DNA of 59,822 nt from a bacterium. GTDB lineage: Bacteria > Zhuqueibacterota > QNDG01 > CAYUAG01. The notes beneath the pieces were generated by a model, which saw only the letters and a program-made list of their open reading frames with translations, was not told where the DNA came from and did no database searches. A program made the translations under genes and the position numbers. Of this stretch, positions 34,584 through 44,017 are shown in pieces. Position 1 is the first letter of the stretch. Each line of letters starts with the position of its first letter. The stretch lies in contig JAWODZ010000110.1 in NCBI GenBank assembly GCA_046483025.1, forward strand, positions 1-59,822, in the 5' to 3' direction.

Positions 34584-36047
34584 ATGGAGGCTTTAATGTC
34601 TGAACCCCTTCTATTTGAAATTAGTAAAAAAAATCGAACCGGTTTTACTTTACCAGAACTTGATATTCCCGAAAAATCTCTGTCTGATTTTTTCCCTTCA
34701 GAGGTATGTCGAGCAGAAGAACCTGATTTACCCGAAATCAGTGAATCTGTTGTTATCAGACATTTTATTCATCTTTCAAATTTAAATCATCATGTTGATA
34801 GGGGATTTTATCCCTTGGGTTCTTGTACCATGAAATACAATCCCAAGATTAATGATAAACTCTCCTCTTTACCTGGTTTTTCTGAAATTCATCCATTACA
34901 AGATGAAAAAGATATTTACGGAGCTATTCAAATAATGGGAGAATTAAGTGATTATCTTAAAACTATTTCTGGTTTGGATGGTATCACCTTGCAGCCTTCT
35001 GCCGGTTCACAGGGTGAATTAACCGGAATAAAAATTATGAGAGCTTATCATGAAGATAGAGGTAATCCCCGTAAAATTATTCTTATACCAGATTCTGCTC
35101 ATGGTACAAATCCCGCAAATGTTACTGTTTCCGGTTATAATCTAGTTCAAGTAAAATCAAATGAAAACGGCCTGGTTGATATTGATGATTTGAAAGAAAA
35201 ACTCAATAAAGATGTTGCTGGTTTTATGGTGACAAATCCAAGCACTCTTGGCTTATTTGAAAAGGAAATCAAGCAGATTGCAAAATTAGTGCATGAATCA
35301 GGCGCACTACTTTACATGGATGGAGCAAATCTTAATGCCTTGTTAGGGATTGTTCGTCCTGGAGATATTGGTTTTGATTTAGTACATTTTAATCTTCATA
35401 AAACATTTTCTACACCCCATGGAGGAGGAGGGCCAGGGAGCGGACCAGTGGGAGTAATATCTAGTTTAACAGATTATCTTCCAGTTCCTGTAATATCCAA
35501 AAAAGGCAATACATATCAATTAAACTATAAAAACCCGAAATCAATGGGAAGAATACATGAATTTTTTGGTAATTTTAATGTAATGGTCAAGGCATATGTG
35601 TATATAAGAATGTTAGGATCACCTGGGCTTAAAAGAGTAAGTAAAAATGCAATTATTAATGCTAATTATCTTATGCGGAAGTTAGAAAAATATTACCTGC
35701 TTCCTTATAAACAACATGCAATGCATGAATTTGTTCTATCTGGAGACTGGCAAAAAGAAAAAGGGGTTAAAACACTGGATATTGCCAAACATTTACTGGA
35801 TTTTGGAATACATGCACCAACAGTTTATTTTCCGCTTATTGTCCATGAGGCTCTTATGATAGAACCAACCGAAACTGAATCAATAGAAGAACTCGATAAA
35901 TTTATTGATGCTATGATTAAAATTGCTGAAGAAACGGAGAATAATCCTGAGCGTGTAAAAGCTGCTCCTACAAAAACACCTGTTTCTCGTCTGAATGAAG
36001 GAATTGCCGCCAGAAACCTTGACGTGAAATTTGATAAAGATAGTTGA
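34584..36047 (+). CDS. gcvPB: glycine dehydrogenase (aminomethyl-transferring) subunit 2
   Basis: 487 aa. PLP-lysine context [16 protein letters not shown]. Confidence 0.9.
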   Translation: MEALMSEPLLFEISKKNRTGFTLPELDIPEKSLSDFFPSEVCRAEEPDLPEISESVVIRHFIHLSNLNHHVDRGFYPLGSCTMKYNPKINDKLSSLPGFSEIHPLQDEKDIYGAIQIMGELSDYLKTISGLDGITLQPSAGSQGELTGIKIMRAYHEDRGNPRKIILIPDSAHGTNPANVTVSGYNLVQVKSNENGLVDIDDLKEKLNKDVAGFMVTNPSTLGLFEKEIKQIAKLVHESGALLYMDGANLNALLGIVRPGDIGFDLVHFNLHKTFSTPHGGGGPGSGPVGVISSLTDYLPVPVISKKGNTYQLNYKNPKSMGRIHEFFGNFNVMVKAYVYIRMLGSPGLKRVSKNAIINANYLMRKLEKYYLLPYKQHAMHEFVLSGDWQKEKGVKTLDIAKHLLDFGIHAPTVYFPLIVHEALMIEPTETESIEELDKFIDAMIKIAEETENNPERVKAAPTKTPVSRLNEGIAARNLDVKFDKDS

Positions 36048-36056
36048 TAAAACTAC

Positions 36057-37022
36057 ATGAATATTGATATAAAAAAAAAATCATCTGATAACAAAGATAT
36101 TATTCTTGTTGTTGATGATGAAGCTAATAATCGTTTACTATTAAAAACATATCTTACTTCTGAGGGATATAACATAGATATGGCTTCAAACGGTGTTGAT
36201 GCTATCAAAAAGGTTAATGAACTATCACCCAGCATTATTATTCTTGATGTTGTACTGCCGGATATGGATGGCTTTCATATTTGCAGAAAGTTGAAATCAT
36301 CCAAAAATACCAATTTCATTCCTGTTATTTTAGTGACTGCTTTACGTGGAGATGAAGAGAGAATCAAGGGGACCACTGCGGGAGCTGATGATTTTATTAC
36401 AAAACCCTATAACAGAGTAGAGTTAATAACCAGAGTTAAATCATTAATACGTATTAAACACCTTCATAAATCCCTGGAACAAAAATATCATGAATTAGAG
36501 ATTGTTAAAGAAAAATTAAAAAAATTAGCAGTCACTGATGGATTAACCGGATTATTTAATTACAGAGCCTTCAAAAATCAGATTCACTATGAAATCATAC
36601 GATCTAAACGTTTTAATTTACCAGTATCTCTTTTGATGATAGATATTGATCATTTTAAAAGGTATAATGATACTTTCGGACATCCCAAGGGTGATAAAGT
36701 CCTTAAACAATTTTCTGAATTATTAACTGTAAATCTCAGAGAAGTAGATACTATAGCACGATATGGGGGTGAAGAGTTTGCGATAATCCTTCCCGGTACC
36801 AATAAAAAGGCTTCCTTTATTGTTGCTGAAAAGTTACGTAAATTAATAGAAGAATATGATTTTCCATTATCAGAAAAATTACCTGATAAAAAATTAACCA
36901 TCAGTATAGGGATAGCCAGTTTTCCTATTGATGTAGAGGACGAAGAAAATTTAATTTTATCAGCTGATAAGGCTCTTTATAAGGCAAAAAACACTGGTAG
37001 AAACAGATCAGAAACTATTTAA
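36057..37022 (+). CDS. response regulator-diguanylate cyclase (REC-GGDEF, PleD-like)
   Basis: 321 aa. Receiver (ILVVDDEANN, IILDVVLPDMDG, ITKPY). GGDEF active site RYGGEEF, preceded by an RxxD I-site (REVD). Confidence 0.9.
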   Translation: MNIDIKKKSSDNKDIILVVDDEANNRLLLKTYLTSEGYNIDMASNGVDAIKKVNELSPSIIILDVVLPDMDGFHICRKLKSSKNTNFIPVILVTALRGDEERIKGTTAGADDFITKPYNRVELITRVKSLIRIKHLHKSLEQKYHELEIVKEKLKKLAVTDGLTGLFNYRAFKNQIHYEIIRSKRFNLPVSLLMIDIDHFKRYNDTFGHPKGDKVLKQFSELLTVNLREVDTIARYGGEEFAIILPGTNKKASFIVAEKLRKLIEEYDFPLSEKLPDKKLTISIGIASFPIDVEDEENLILSADKALYKAKNTGRNRSETI

Positions 37023-37048
37023 CAAATTGAAGTAAGAGTAGAGCAGTA

Positions 37049-38509
37049 TTGAATTTATTTGCTAAAATAAAATATAACAAGATAACCTTTATTAAAATAT
37101 GGTTACTCACCCTGATATTTATATGGTTGGTTATATTTTTATTTATGTTCATAGTAGATGTAAATCTAATATCTGATGCTACAACACAAAATTCTTATAC
37201 GATATTAGCTCACCTTGATTTAAAGCAATGTTTTGCATTATTTACCATTTTTTTAATAATATCATTTTTAATTACTTATTCTTATTTAACGATATTAAGT
37301 AATTCTCTGAATAAACTGATCGTTAATTCAACAGAAATTGCCAGAGGTAATTTTAATAGTAATAAAATAACTACTGGAAACAAATATTTAGACAGAATTC
37401 AAAAAATGTTTACCTATATGGCAGATGAGATGAAAAGAATAAAAAATATTGATTTATCCGGAATAATCAATTCAAAAAATAAAATTGAAGCAATTCTGCG
37501 TAATATTGTGGATGGAGTAATTGTAACCGATACTCAATATAGAATTTTAATGGTTAATATCGTAGCTGAATCTTTATTCGGTTTTACCGAGGAAAAGGCC
37601 TCTAATAAAAATTTAAAAGATTTAATTAAAAATAAGCAAATTTTGAATCTTTTTAAACAAGTGAGAGATGGAAAACAAACAGATAATGTAACTTTTGATT
37701 TTCGAACAAAAAATATTTCTACAAAGAAATATTTACAGGCTTCTGCATCCAGAATCTATAGTGAAGATAATGAATTCATTGGAATTGTTTCTGTTATTAG
37801 AGATATTACCAAGGAATATGTAGCAGATAAAATGAAGTCTGAACTTGTAACCATGGTAGCACATGAATTAAAATCTCCCTTGACATCTATTTATGGTTTC
37901 AGTGATCTACTTCGTGATTTAAAGGTCAGGAATACTAAGGTCAAAGATTATTCAAATATCATACTAAATGAAACTTCGCGTTTAGTTAAACTGGTTAATA
38001 AATTTCTTGATCTGTCAAAATTGGAAGAAGGTAAAATACAAATACAAATTCATCCATTTAATATTGAACAACTTATTGACAAGATTATCACTTCTTATAT
38101 GTCTACTGCCCAACAGAAAAATATGCAAATAGGAAAGATTTTTTCTACGGAAATCTGTTTAGCATATGGTGACCAGCAGTTAATTGAACAAGTAGTACAA
38201 AATTTATTATCAAATGCAATCAAATACAGTCCTGCCGGATCTGATATAAATATAAAATTACAACAAAAGGAAAATATAATTACAGTCAGTGTAATTGATA
38301 ATGGCTATGGGATACCAGAGGATGCTATTGATAAAATATTCAGAAAGTTCTATCGGGTTAATAAAGCAGATGAAGAAAGCGAAGGTAGTTCCGGTTTAGG
38401 CCTTGCTTTGACCAAAGAAATCTTAGATCAGCATAATTCTCAACTTTCAGTAAAAAGTAAATTAGGAAAGGGATCAGTATTTTCTTTTACTCTACAATGT
38501 GCAGTTTAA
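37049..38509 (+). CDS. membrane sensor histidine kinase (TM-PAS-HisKA-HATPase)
   Basis: 486 aa with a TTG start and two N-terminal TM segments. H-box VAHELKSPLTSIYGF, N-box LLSNAIKYS, G1 DNGYGI, G2 GLGLAL. Confidence 0.88.
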   Translation: MNLFAKIKYNKITFIKIWLLTLIFIWLVIFLFMFIVDVNLISDATTQNSYTILAHLDLKQCFALFTIFLIISFLITYSYLTILSNSLNKLIVNSTEIARGNFNSNKITTGNKYLDRIQKMFTYMADEMKRIKNIDLSGIINSKNKIEAILRNIVDGVIVTDTQYRILMVNIVAESLFGFTEEKASNKNLKDLIKNKQILNLFKQVRDGKQTDNVTFDFRTKNISTKKYLQASASRIYSEDNEFIGIVSVIRDITKEYVADKMKSELVTMVAHELKSPLTSIYGFSDLLRDLKVRNTKVKDYSNIILNETSRLVKLVNKFLDLSKLEEGKIQIQIHPFNIEQLIDKIITSYMSTAQQKNMQIGKIFSTEICLAYGDQQLIEQVVQNLLSNAIKYSPAGSDINIKLQQKENIITVSVIDNGYGIPEDAIDKIFRKFYRVNKADEESEGSSGLGLALTKEILDQHNSQLSVKSKLGKGSVFSFTLQCAV

Positions 38510-38533
38510 TTAACATGATAGGGTTTATAATAT

Positions 38534-40456
38534 ATGAAGAGAAAGAAAATGGATAATTTTTTTAGTGAAAAAAAATTTTTAGTGATTGAATCTGCAGACA
38601 AAATATCAAATCAACTGAAAGAAATTTTGCAAAATACGGATTCCAATATTATAACTATTTCATCAGGCATAAAAGCTATAGAAGAAATTCCCTGTATACA
38701 CCCTGATATCATTATTTCTGACTATGTAACTGATGATATTGTGGGGGCTGAAGTTTATAAAAAATTTATACACAGTAAATCATTAGCTGAGTATCATAAT
38801 ATTCCTTTCATTATAATTTCAGACGATGAGACCCGTCAGAAATACAGACAGGAATTTTATAATTTAGGAATAAGAGGGTGGTTCAGCTATTTTTCCGATC
38901 CTAAAAGATTTAGAGAATGTCTGGAAAATTTTACTGTTGCTGATGAAACAGTAAGAAAAAACAAAGAGCTTAGTCAGGAAATTAAGCGGTCAGAATATAG
39001 ATATAGAGATTTACTTGAAAATGCAAACGATTTTATTTTTACTCTTGATCAAAGTGGAAAATTTGTCTATTTAAATAACCGCTTTAAGCCCTTAACTGGT
39101 TTTAAAAAGAAAGAATGGTTACAAAAAGACTTTTCAGAATTAATAGTAGAAAAAGATCGCATTCGAGCTAAAAAGAATTATCAGCTTGTCCATCAGGGAA
39201 GGGCAAGGATTTTCCAGGCACAAATTAAAAGCAATATTTCCGATTGTTTTATTCTCTCATTTAACATTACTCCTATTTTCGAACACGGATCCATAGTGGG
39301 TTCAATGGGAATTGCCAGAGATGTAACCGAACAAAAGATGATGGAAAATGAAATTTTAGAATTAAAAAATTTCAATGAGAGTATTATTCAAAGTATGGAA
39401 GCCGGGCTTTTAACTGTAGATCTTAATGGTTTTATCACTTCACTTAATACAGGTGCTGAACGCATTCTTGGATGGAAAGCAAAGGAAGTATTGGGGAAAA
39501 AGATAAAATCTGTACTTGTTCCAGATGATGTTGATATACTTCTTATGAGCTCAGAAAAGCCGGGATCATTGCCTTACAGTAGAGAAACTAAATTAACTAT
39601 AAAATCTGGAGACAAAATCTCCATAGGTTTTACAACCACTGATCGTATTGACAATCGTAATGAAAAGGTAGGTACCATAGTTTCTTTTAGGGATATTTCT
39701 GAATTAAAACAGATGCAGAGCGAAGTAAAGAGAATGGAAAGACTGGCTTCACTGGGTATCTTGGCTTCAGGAATTGCACATGAAATAAAAAATCCTTTAG
39801 CTGGAATTAAGAGTTTAAGTCAAACCTGTAAAGAAGAATTTGAATCAGGTGATTCCAGGTTGGAATATTTATCCCGGATTATCAATCAAGTTAACAGATT
39901 AGATGAACTGTTAAAGGCAATTGTAGCTTTTGCCCGTCCCAAACCTCCGGATAGAAAATCATATGATATAAAAAAGGTAATTCATGAAGTTGTTAACTTG
40001 ATTAATAAAAAATTAACAACGAATAACATTAAATATATCGAAGATATGGATGATAATCTTCCTATCGTGATTATTGATCCCCAACAAATACAGCAAGTAT
40101 TTTTAAATCTAATTCTTAATGCAATTGATGCGGTTAATAAAAATGGAGTTATTACAGTATCAGCAAAACCGGTAAAATTTTCTGTACCAAAGTTAATAAA
40201 AAGATCAGATAAGTGGATTAAACAAGATTCATTTGTTCAAATAAATATCACTGATACTGGAAAAGGTATTCCACCTGAAAGATTAGAATCAATTTTCGAT
40301 CCTTTTTTTACCACAAAATCGGATGGTTTAGGAATGGGTCTTTCTATAGTGTATAGAATTATTGAGGATCATCATGGGGATATTGATGTGAAAAGTAAAA
40401 TTAGCAAAGGGACTACGTTTAGTATAACAATACCTGAAGGAGAGTCAGATGAGTAA
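38534..40456 (+). CDS. cytoplasmic sensor histidine kinase with N-terminal receiver-like domain and two PAS domains (NtrB/AtoS-like)
   Basis: 640 aa. H-box GIAHEIKNPLAGIKSL, N-box LILNAIDA, G1 DTGKGI, G2 GMGLSI. The N-terminal domain is receiver-like, but the usual KPF lysine context is not evident. Confidence 0.85.
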   Translation: MKRKKMDNFFSEKKFLVIESADKISNQLKEILQNTDSNIITISSGIKAIEEIPCIHPDIIISDYVTDDIVGAEVYKKFIHSKSLAEYHNIPFIIISDDETRQKYRQEFYNLGIRGWFSYFSDPKRFRECLENFTVADETVRKNKELSQEIKRSEYRYRDLLENANDFIFTLDQSGKFVYLNNRFKPLTGFKKKEWLQKDFSELIVEKDRIRAKKNYQLVHQGRARIFQAQIKSNISDCFILSFNITPIFEHGSIVGSMGIARDVTEQKMMENEILELKNFNESIIQSMEAGLLTVDLNGFITSLNTGAERILGWKAKEVLGKKIKSVLVPDDVDILLMSSEKPGSLPYSRETKLTIKSGDKISIGFTTTDRIDNRNEKVGTIVSFRDISELKQMQSEVKRMERLASLGILASGIAHEIKNPLAGIKSLSQTCKEEFESGDSRLEYLSRIINQVNRLDELLKAIVAFARPKPPDRKSYDIKKVIHEVVNLINKKLTTNNIKYIEDMDDNLPIVIIDPQQIQQVFLNLILNAIDAVNKNGVITVSAKPVKFSVPKLIKRSDKWIKQDSFVQINITDTGKGIPPERLESIFDPFFTTKSDGLGMGLSIVYRIIEDHHGDIDVKSKISKGTTFSITIPEGESDE

Positions 40457-41816
40457 ACCAAATATATTGATTATTGAAGATAACGAAGATATGATCTTCA
40501 CCTTAACCAAGACTTTAAAGAAAGAGGGATATAATGTTCTCTCCTCAATTGAGGGAAAGAAAGGGTTGTCAATTTTAAAAAATAAAATAATTGATCTTGT
40601 TATCTTAGATATTAAATTACCCGATATTAATGGAATTGAATTATTAGATAAAATAAAGGATATCGATCCAGATATTTTAGTGCTTATGATGACAGCAATG
40701 ACAGATGCAAAACCTGCAATTGAAGCTATGAAAAAAGGTGCATATGATTATTTGGTTAAACCATTTGAACTTGATGAATTAAAATTGAATGTTAAAAAAA
40801 TATTAGAAACACACAAACTGAAAATGGAAGTAAGCAGATTACGAAAAGAACATAAAGAACATTTTCCCGAGAATACAATATATGGTGATAGCCAAGCAAT
40901 AGAGGATATTCGGAATTTAATTAACATTGTTGCTAAAACTCCCAAAACATCTGTTTTAATATTAGGGGAAAGCGGTACTGGCAAAGAACTTGTTGCTAAT
41001 GCTATTCATTTTCTGAGCAATAGAGCATCGCAACCTTTTATTAAATTGAATTGTAGTGCAATTCCGGAAAATTTGTTAGAGAGTGAATTATTTGGTCATG
41101 AAAAAGGTGCTTTTACCGATGCACGTACCACGAAAAAAGGTCTTTTTGAATTGGCCCATGGTGGAACAATATTTTTAGATGAGATTTCAAGTATGAAACT
41201 TACCTTACAACCAAAGATTCTCCGGGTTATTGAATCTCAAATTTTTCGTAGAATTGGCGGTACCACAGATATTAATATTGATGTACGGGTAATTGCTGCT
41301 TCAAATACTGATTTACGCAGGCTTGTTAATCAGCAGGAATTCAGAGATGATTTATATTATAGATTAAAAGTTTTGGAAATTAAATTACCCCCTTTACGAG
41401 AACGAAAAGAAGATATTCTGCTGTTGGCGAAATATTATATTCAATTATATAATAAAGAGTTCAATAAAGATATTCAGAAAATTGATAAAAAAACTGAAAA
41501 AATGCTCCATAATTATTCCTGGCCTGGTAATGTGAGAGAATTAAAAAATGTAATTGAAAGAAGTGTGATACTTTGTAATGATGAAATTCTGACTTCAGAT
41601 TATTTACCAATGGAACTCCAGGAGGAAAAATCCCCTGTTGTAAATAAATCATTTGGGGAAGTATCTTTACAGGAAATGGAAAAACAGCATATACTTCATA
41701 TTTTAAAAACAACAGATGGCAATAAATCGAAAGCATCCCGAATTCTAAACATATCACGCTCAACCTTACGAGAAAAACTTAAAAGCTATAAAATTTCAGA
41801 GAGTGACTTAAAATAA
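40449..41816 (+). CDS. sigma-54-dependent response regulator (NtrC/AtoC family) with a variant GAFTDA loop
   Basis: 455 aa. Walker A GESGTGKE, GAFTDA at nt 41106-41123, and the HTH NKSKASRILNISRSTLREKL. It overlaps the kinase gene by 8 nt. Confidence 0.9.
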   Translation: MSKPNILIIEDNEDMIFTLTKTLKKEGYNVLSSIEGKKGLSILKNKIIDLVILDIKLPDINGIELLDKIKDIDPDILVLMMTAMTDAKPAIEAMKKGAYDYLVKPFELDELKLNVKKILETHKLKMEVSRLRKEHKEHFPENTIYGDSQAIEDIRNLINIVAKTPKTSVLILGESGTGKELVANAIHFLSNRASQPFIKLNCSAIPENLLESELFGHEKGAFTDARTTKKGLFELAHGGTIFLDEISSMKLTLQPKILRVIESQIFRRIGGTTDINIDVRVIAASNTDLRRLVNQQEFRDDLYYRLKVLEIKLPPLRERKEDILLLAKYYIQLYNKEFNKDIQKIDKKTEKMLHNYSWPGNVRELKNVIERSVILCNDEILTSDYLPMELQEEKSPVVNKSFGEVSLQEMEKQHILHILKTTDGNKSKASRILNISRSTLREKLKSYKISESDLK

Positions 41817-41961
41817 TCGATACGCTATATGGTCAAAATCAATCCATAAATATCAAATTAACCAATAGTCATTATATAAAAAAAAAATTTTATAATACCT
41901 ATCTTTAATAATTTTAATTATTTAAGAAAATTAAAATTTTGTAAGATGTTGTTATTATTCC

Positions 41962-41976
41962 TGGTACAATATTTGC
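41962..41976 (+). promoter_or_regulatory. sigma-54 (-24/-12) promoter candidate
   Basis: TGGTAC-aatat-TTGC lies 44 nt upstream of the receiver gene at 42020 and directly downstream of the NtrC-type activator. Confidence 0.6.
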
Positions 41977-42019
41977 CAAAATTAATTATAGGAATATAAT
42001 TATCTATTAAGAGTAGACA

Positions 42020-42418
42020 ATGCAAAATAAAAATGAATATAAAAGAATTTTAATTGTAGATGATGAAGAAGATCTTACCTGGAGTATATCACGAAGACTA
42101 TCCCGTGATAATGACAATATTGAAGTACTTAGCGCAAATTCCGGCAAAGGTGCACTGGAGATTCTTTCCCGAAATGAAATTGATCTCCTCATAACAGATC
42201 TTAGAATGCCTGAAATTAATGGATGGGAGCTTTTAGATACAATTAAAGAAAAATATCCAAATACATTAGTGATTATCATGACCGCTCATGGTTCCATTGA
42301 AGTTATTGACGCTTTAAACCGCTGGGGAAAAGCAGGGTATATTGAAAAACCCTTTGATATGAATGATCTTAGAAAATTAGTATATGCTTTTCTAAAAGAA
42401 AAAGATAAATCAAAATAA
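42020..42418 (+). CDS. CheY-like single-domain response regulator
   Basis: 132 aa with ILIVDDEED, LLITDLRMPEINGWE, MTAHGS and IEKPF. Confidence 0.88.
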   Translation: MQNKNEYKRILIVDDEEDLTWSISRRLSRDNDNIEVLSANSGKGALEILSRNEIDLLITDLRMPEINGWELLDTIKEKYPNTLVIIMTAHGSIEVIDALNRWGKAGYIEKPFDMNDLRKLVYAFLKEKDKSK

Positions 42419-42430
42419 AGAGTCTGTTAA

Positions 42431-43957
42431 ATGAAAGAAGAAAATCTGGATAATTCTACTGAAATAAGTCCTTATAATACTCAAATAAAAGTTTTAGGAA
42501 TAGGCGGGTCAGGAAATAATACCATCAATCATCTGATGAAAAAAAAGTTAAAGGGCCTGGAAACGGTTGCAATCAATACGGATGGACAACATTTAGTGGA
42601 TATAAATTCAAATAAAAAAATATTGATTGGGAAAAATATAACAGCAGGTTTAGGTTCTGGTGGAGACCCAGAACTAGGTGAACGAGCTGTCCGAGAATCA
42701 AAACAGGAAATTATCGATATCATACAGGAAACCGATTTATTATTTATAACCTGTGGATTCGGAGGCGGAACCGGGACAGGTGCCTCTCCGGTGGTTGCTA
42801 AATTAGCCAGAGAAGAAGGCATTTTAACGGTAGCAATTGTCACCATGCCTTTTGCTGAAGAAGGTATTATCAGATGGGAAAATGCAAAGATAGGTCTTGA
42901 AAAACTTAAAAAATTTGTTGATACTTTAATAGTGCTTGAAAATAATAAATTAATTGATCTTTATTCGGAATTAACTTTAAAAAAAGCCTTTGAAGCTTCA
43001 GATGACATTTTAATTAATGCACTGGAAGGCCTTTCCAGTATGGTTTTAAAAAGAGGATTAGTGAATCTTGACTTTGCAGATATAAGTATTGTTATGAAGG
43101 ATGGCCCTAATGCCTTTATCGGGTTAGGGGAAAGTGATTCGGAAAACAAAATACATGAGGCAATTAAAAGAGCCATAACCCATCCTATGATGGAACAGGA
43201 TATTTCAGGGGCCCAAAGTGCCTTGATTCATATAACTGGCGGTCCTAGCCTCAAATTAAAAGAATCCAGACAAATAATAAAAATTATTACACAAAAGTTA
43301 GATCCTAATGCAAGAATTATTTGGGGAGCTACAATTCAAAAAAATTTACGCAACACGGTAAAAGTACTGCTTATTGTGAGCGGACTACAAAAAGAAAAAG
43401 AGATCGAAGAGAGAGTGAGTGAGGCTGAGTCTGAAGATACCATAATAAATGAGTTTGATGAATCCTCAATAATTACAAATGATGAAGATATGTATGATAT
43501 AAAAGAATCAATACTTGATTCAGATATTGAAGAAGATTCAGAAGAAAAAAGTCCCAAGAAAATTAAACAGTCCGGATTAATTTTTTATAAAATATTCAAA
43601 GAAGAAGCAGCAGGTGATCTACAACGGTTTGATAGAGCTATACAGTTGTTAAGGGAAGATCCTAAAAACCGGAGAGGAGTACTTGAGGCTCGTCAGGCTT
43701 GTAAGCTTTTACATGCATCTGCTGAAATGTTTGGGTTTGATGAAACAGCTCAGCTACTTGTTGCTATTGAAACAATATTATCCCGAGTGAGAAGCAGGGA
43801 AATGAAAATTACCAAAAAAATTATTGATTCCATAACCTTAGCCATGGAAATGGTTGTTGATTTAATAGAAAATAAGACAGATGGTATGGGTGAGACCGGA
43901 TATATTGTTGACAGATTAAATGAATTAAAATCTGAACAACTTAATACTTATAAGTGA
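42431..43957 (+). CDS. FtsZ-family tubulin-like GTPase fused to a C-terminal CheA-P1-like HPt domain
   Basis: 508 aa. FtsZ hallmarks: IKVLGIGGSGNN, INTDGQHL, GLGSGGDPELG, tubulin signature GFGGGTGTGASPVVA, T7 loop NLDFADI and the FtsZ C-subdomain. An acidic E/D/S-rich linker follows. Residues 385-508 or so (nt 43583-43954) align by eye with CheA P1, and a His is retained at nt 43712-43714. Confidence 0.8.
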   Translation: MKEENLDNSTEISPYNTQIKVLGIGGSGNNTINHLMKKKLKGLETVAINTDGQHLVDINSNKKILIGKNITAGLGSGGDPELGERAVRESKQEIIDIIQETDLLFITCGFGGGTGTGASPVVAKLAREEGILTVAIVTMPFAEEGIIRWENAKIGLEKLKKFVDTLIVLENNKLIDLYSELTLKKAFEASDDILINALEGLSSMVLKRGLVNLDFADISIVMKDGPNAFIGLGESDSENKIHEAIKRAITHPMMEQDISGAQSALIHITGGPSLKLKESRQIIKIITQKLDPNARIIWGATIQKNLRNTVKVLLIVSGLQKEKEIEERVSEAESEDTIINEFDESSIITNDEDMYDIKESILDSDIEEDSEEKSPKKIKQSGLIFYKIFKEEAAGDLQRFDRAIQLLREDPKNRRGVLEARQACKLLHASAEMFGFDETAQLLVAIETILSRVRSREMKITKKIIDSITLAMEMVVDLIENKTDGMGETGYIVDRLNELKSEQLNTYK

Positions 43958-44017
43958 TTCTATCTTCTAAATTTTACTTGACTTTTTATAAAAATGATAG
44001 TACATTTTTTATTAACT

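Noticed and set aside
42431-43405. Reading the 42431 gene simply as the housekeeping ftsZ
   Set aside because: There is no dcw/ftsA/ftsQ context. It sits downstream of a receiver gene and a -24/-12 promoter, and I could not recognise a short conserved FtsA/ZipA-binding tail in the C-terminus. It still cannot be fully excluded without the rest of the genome.
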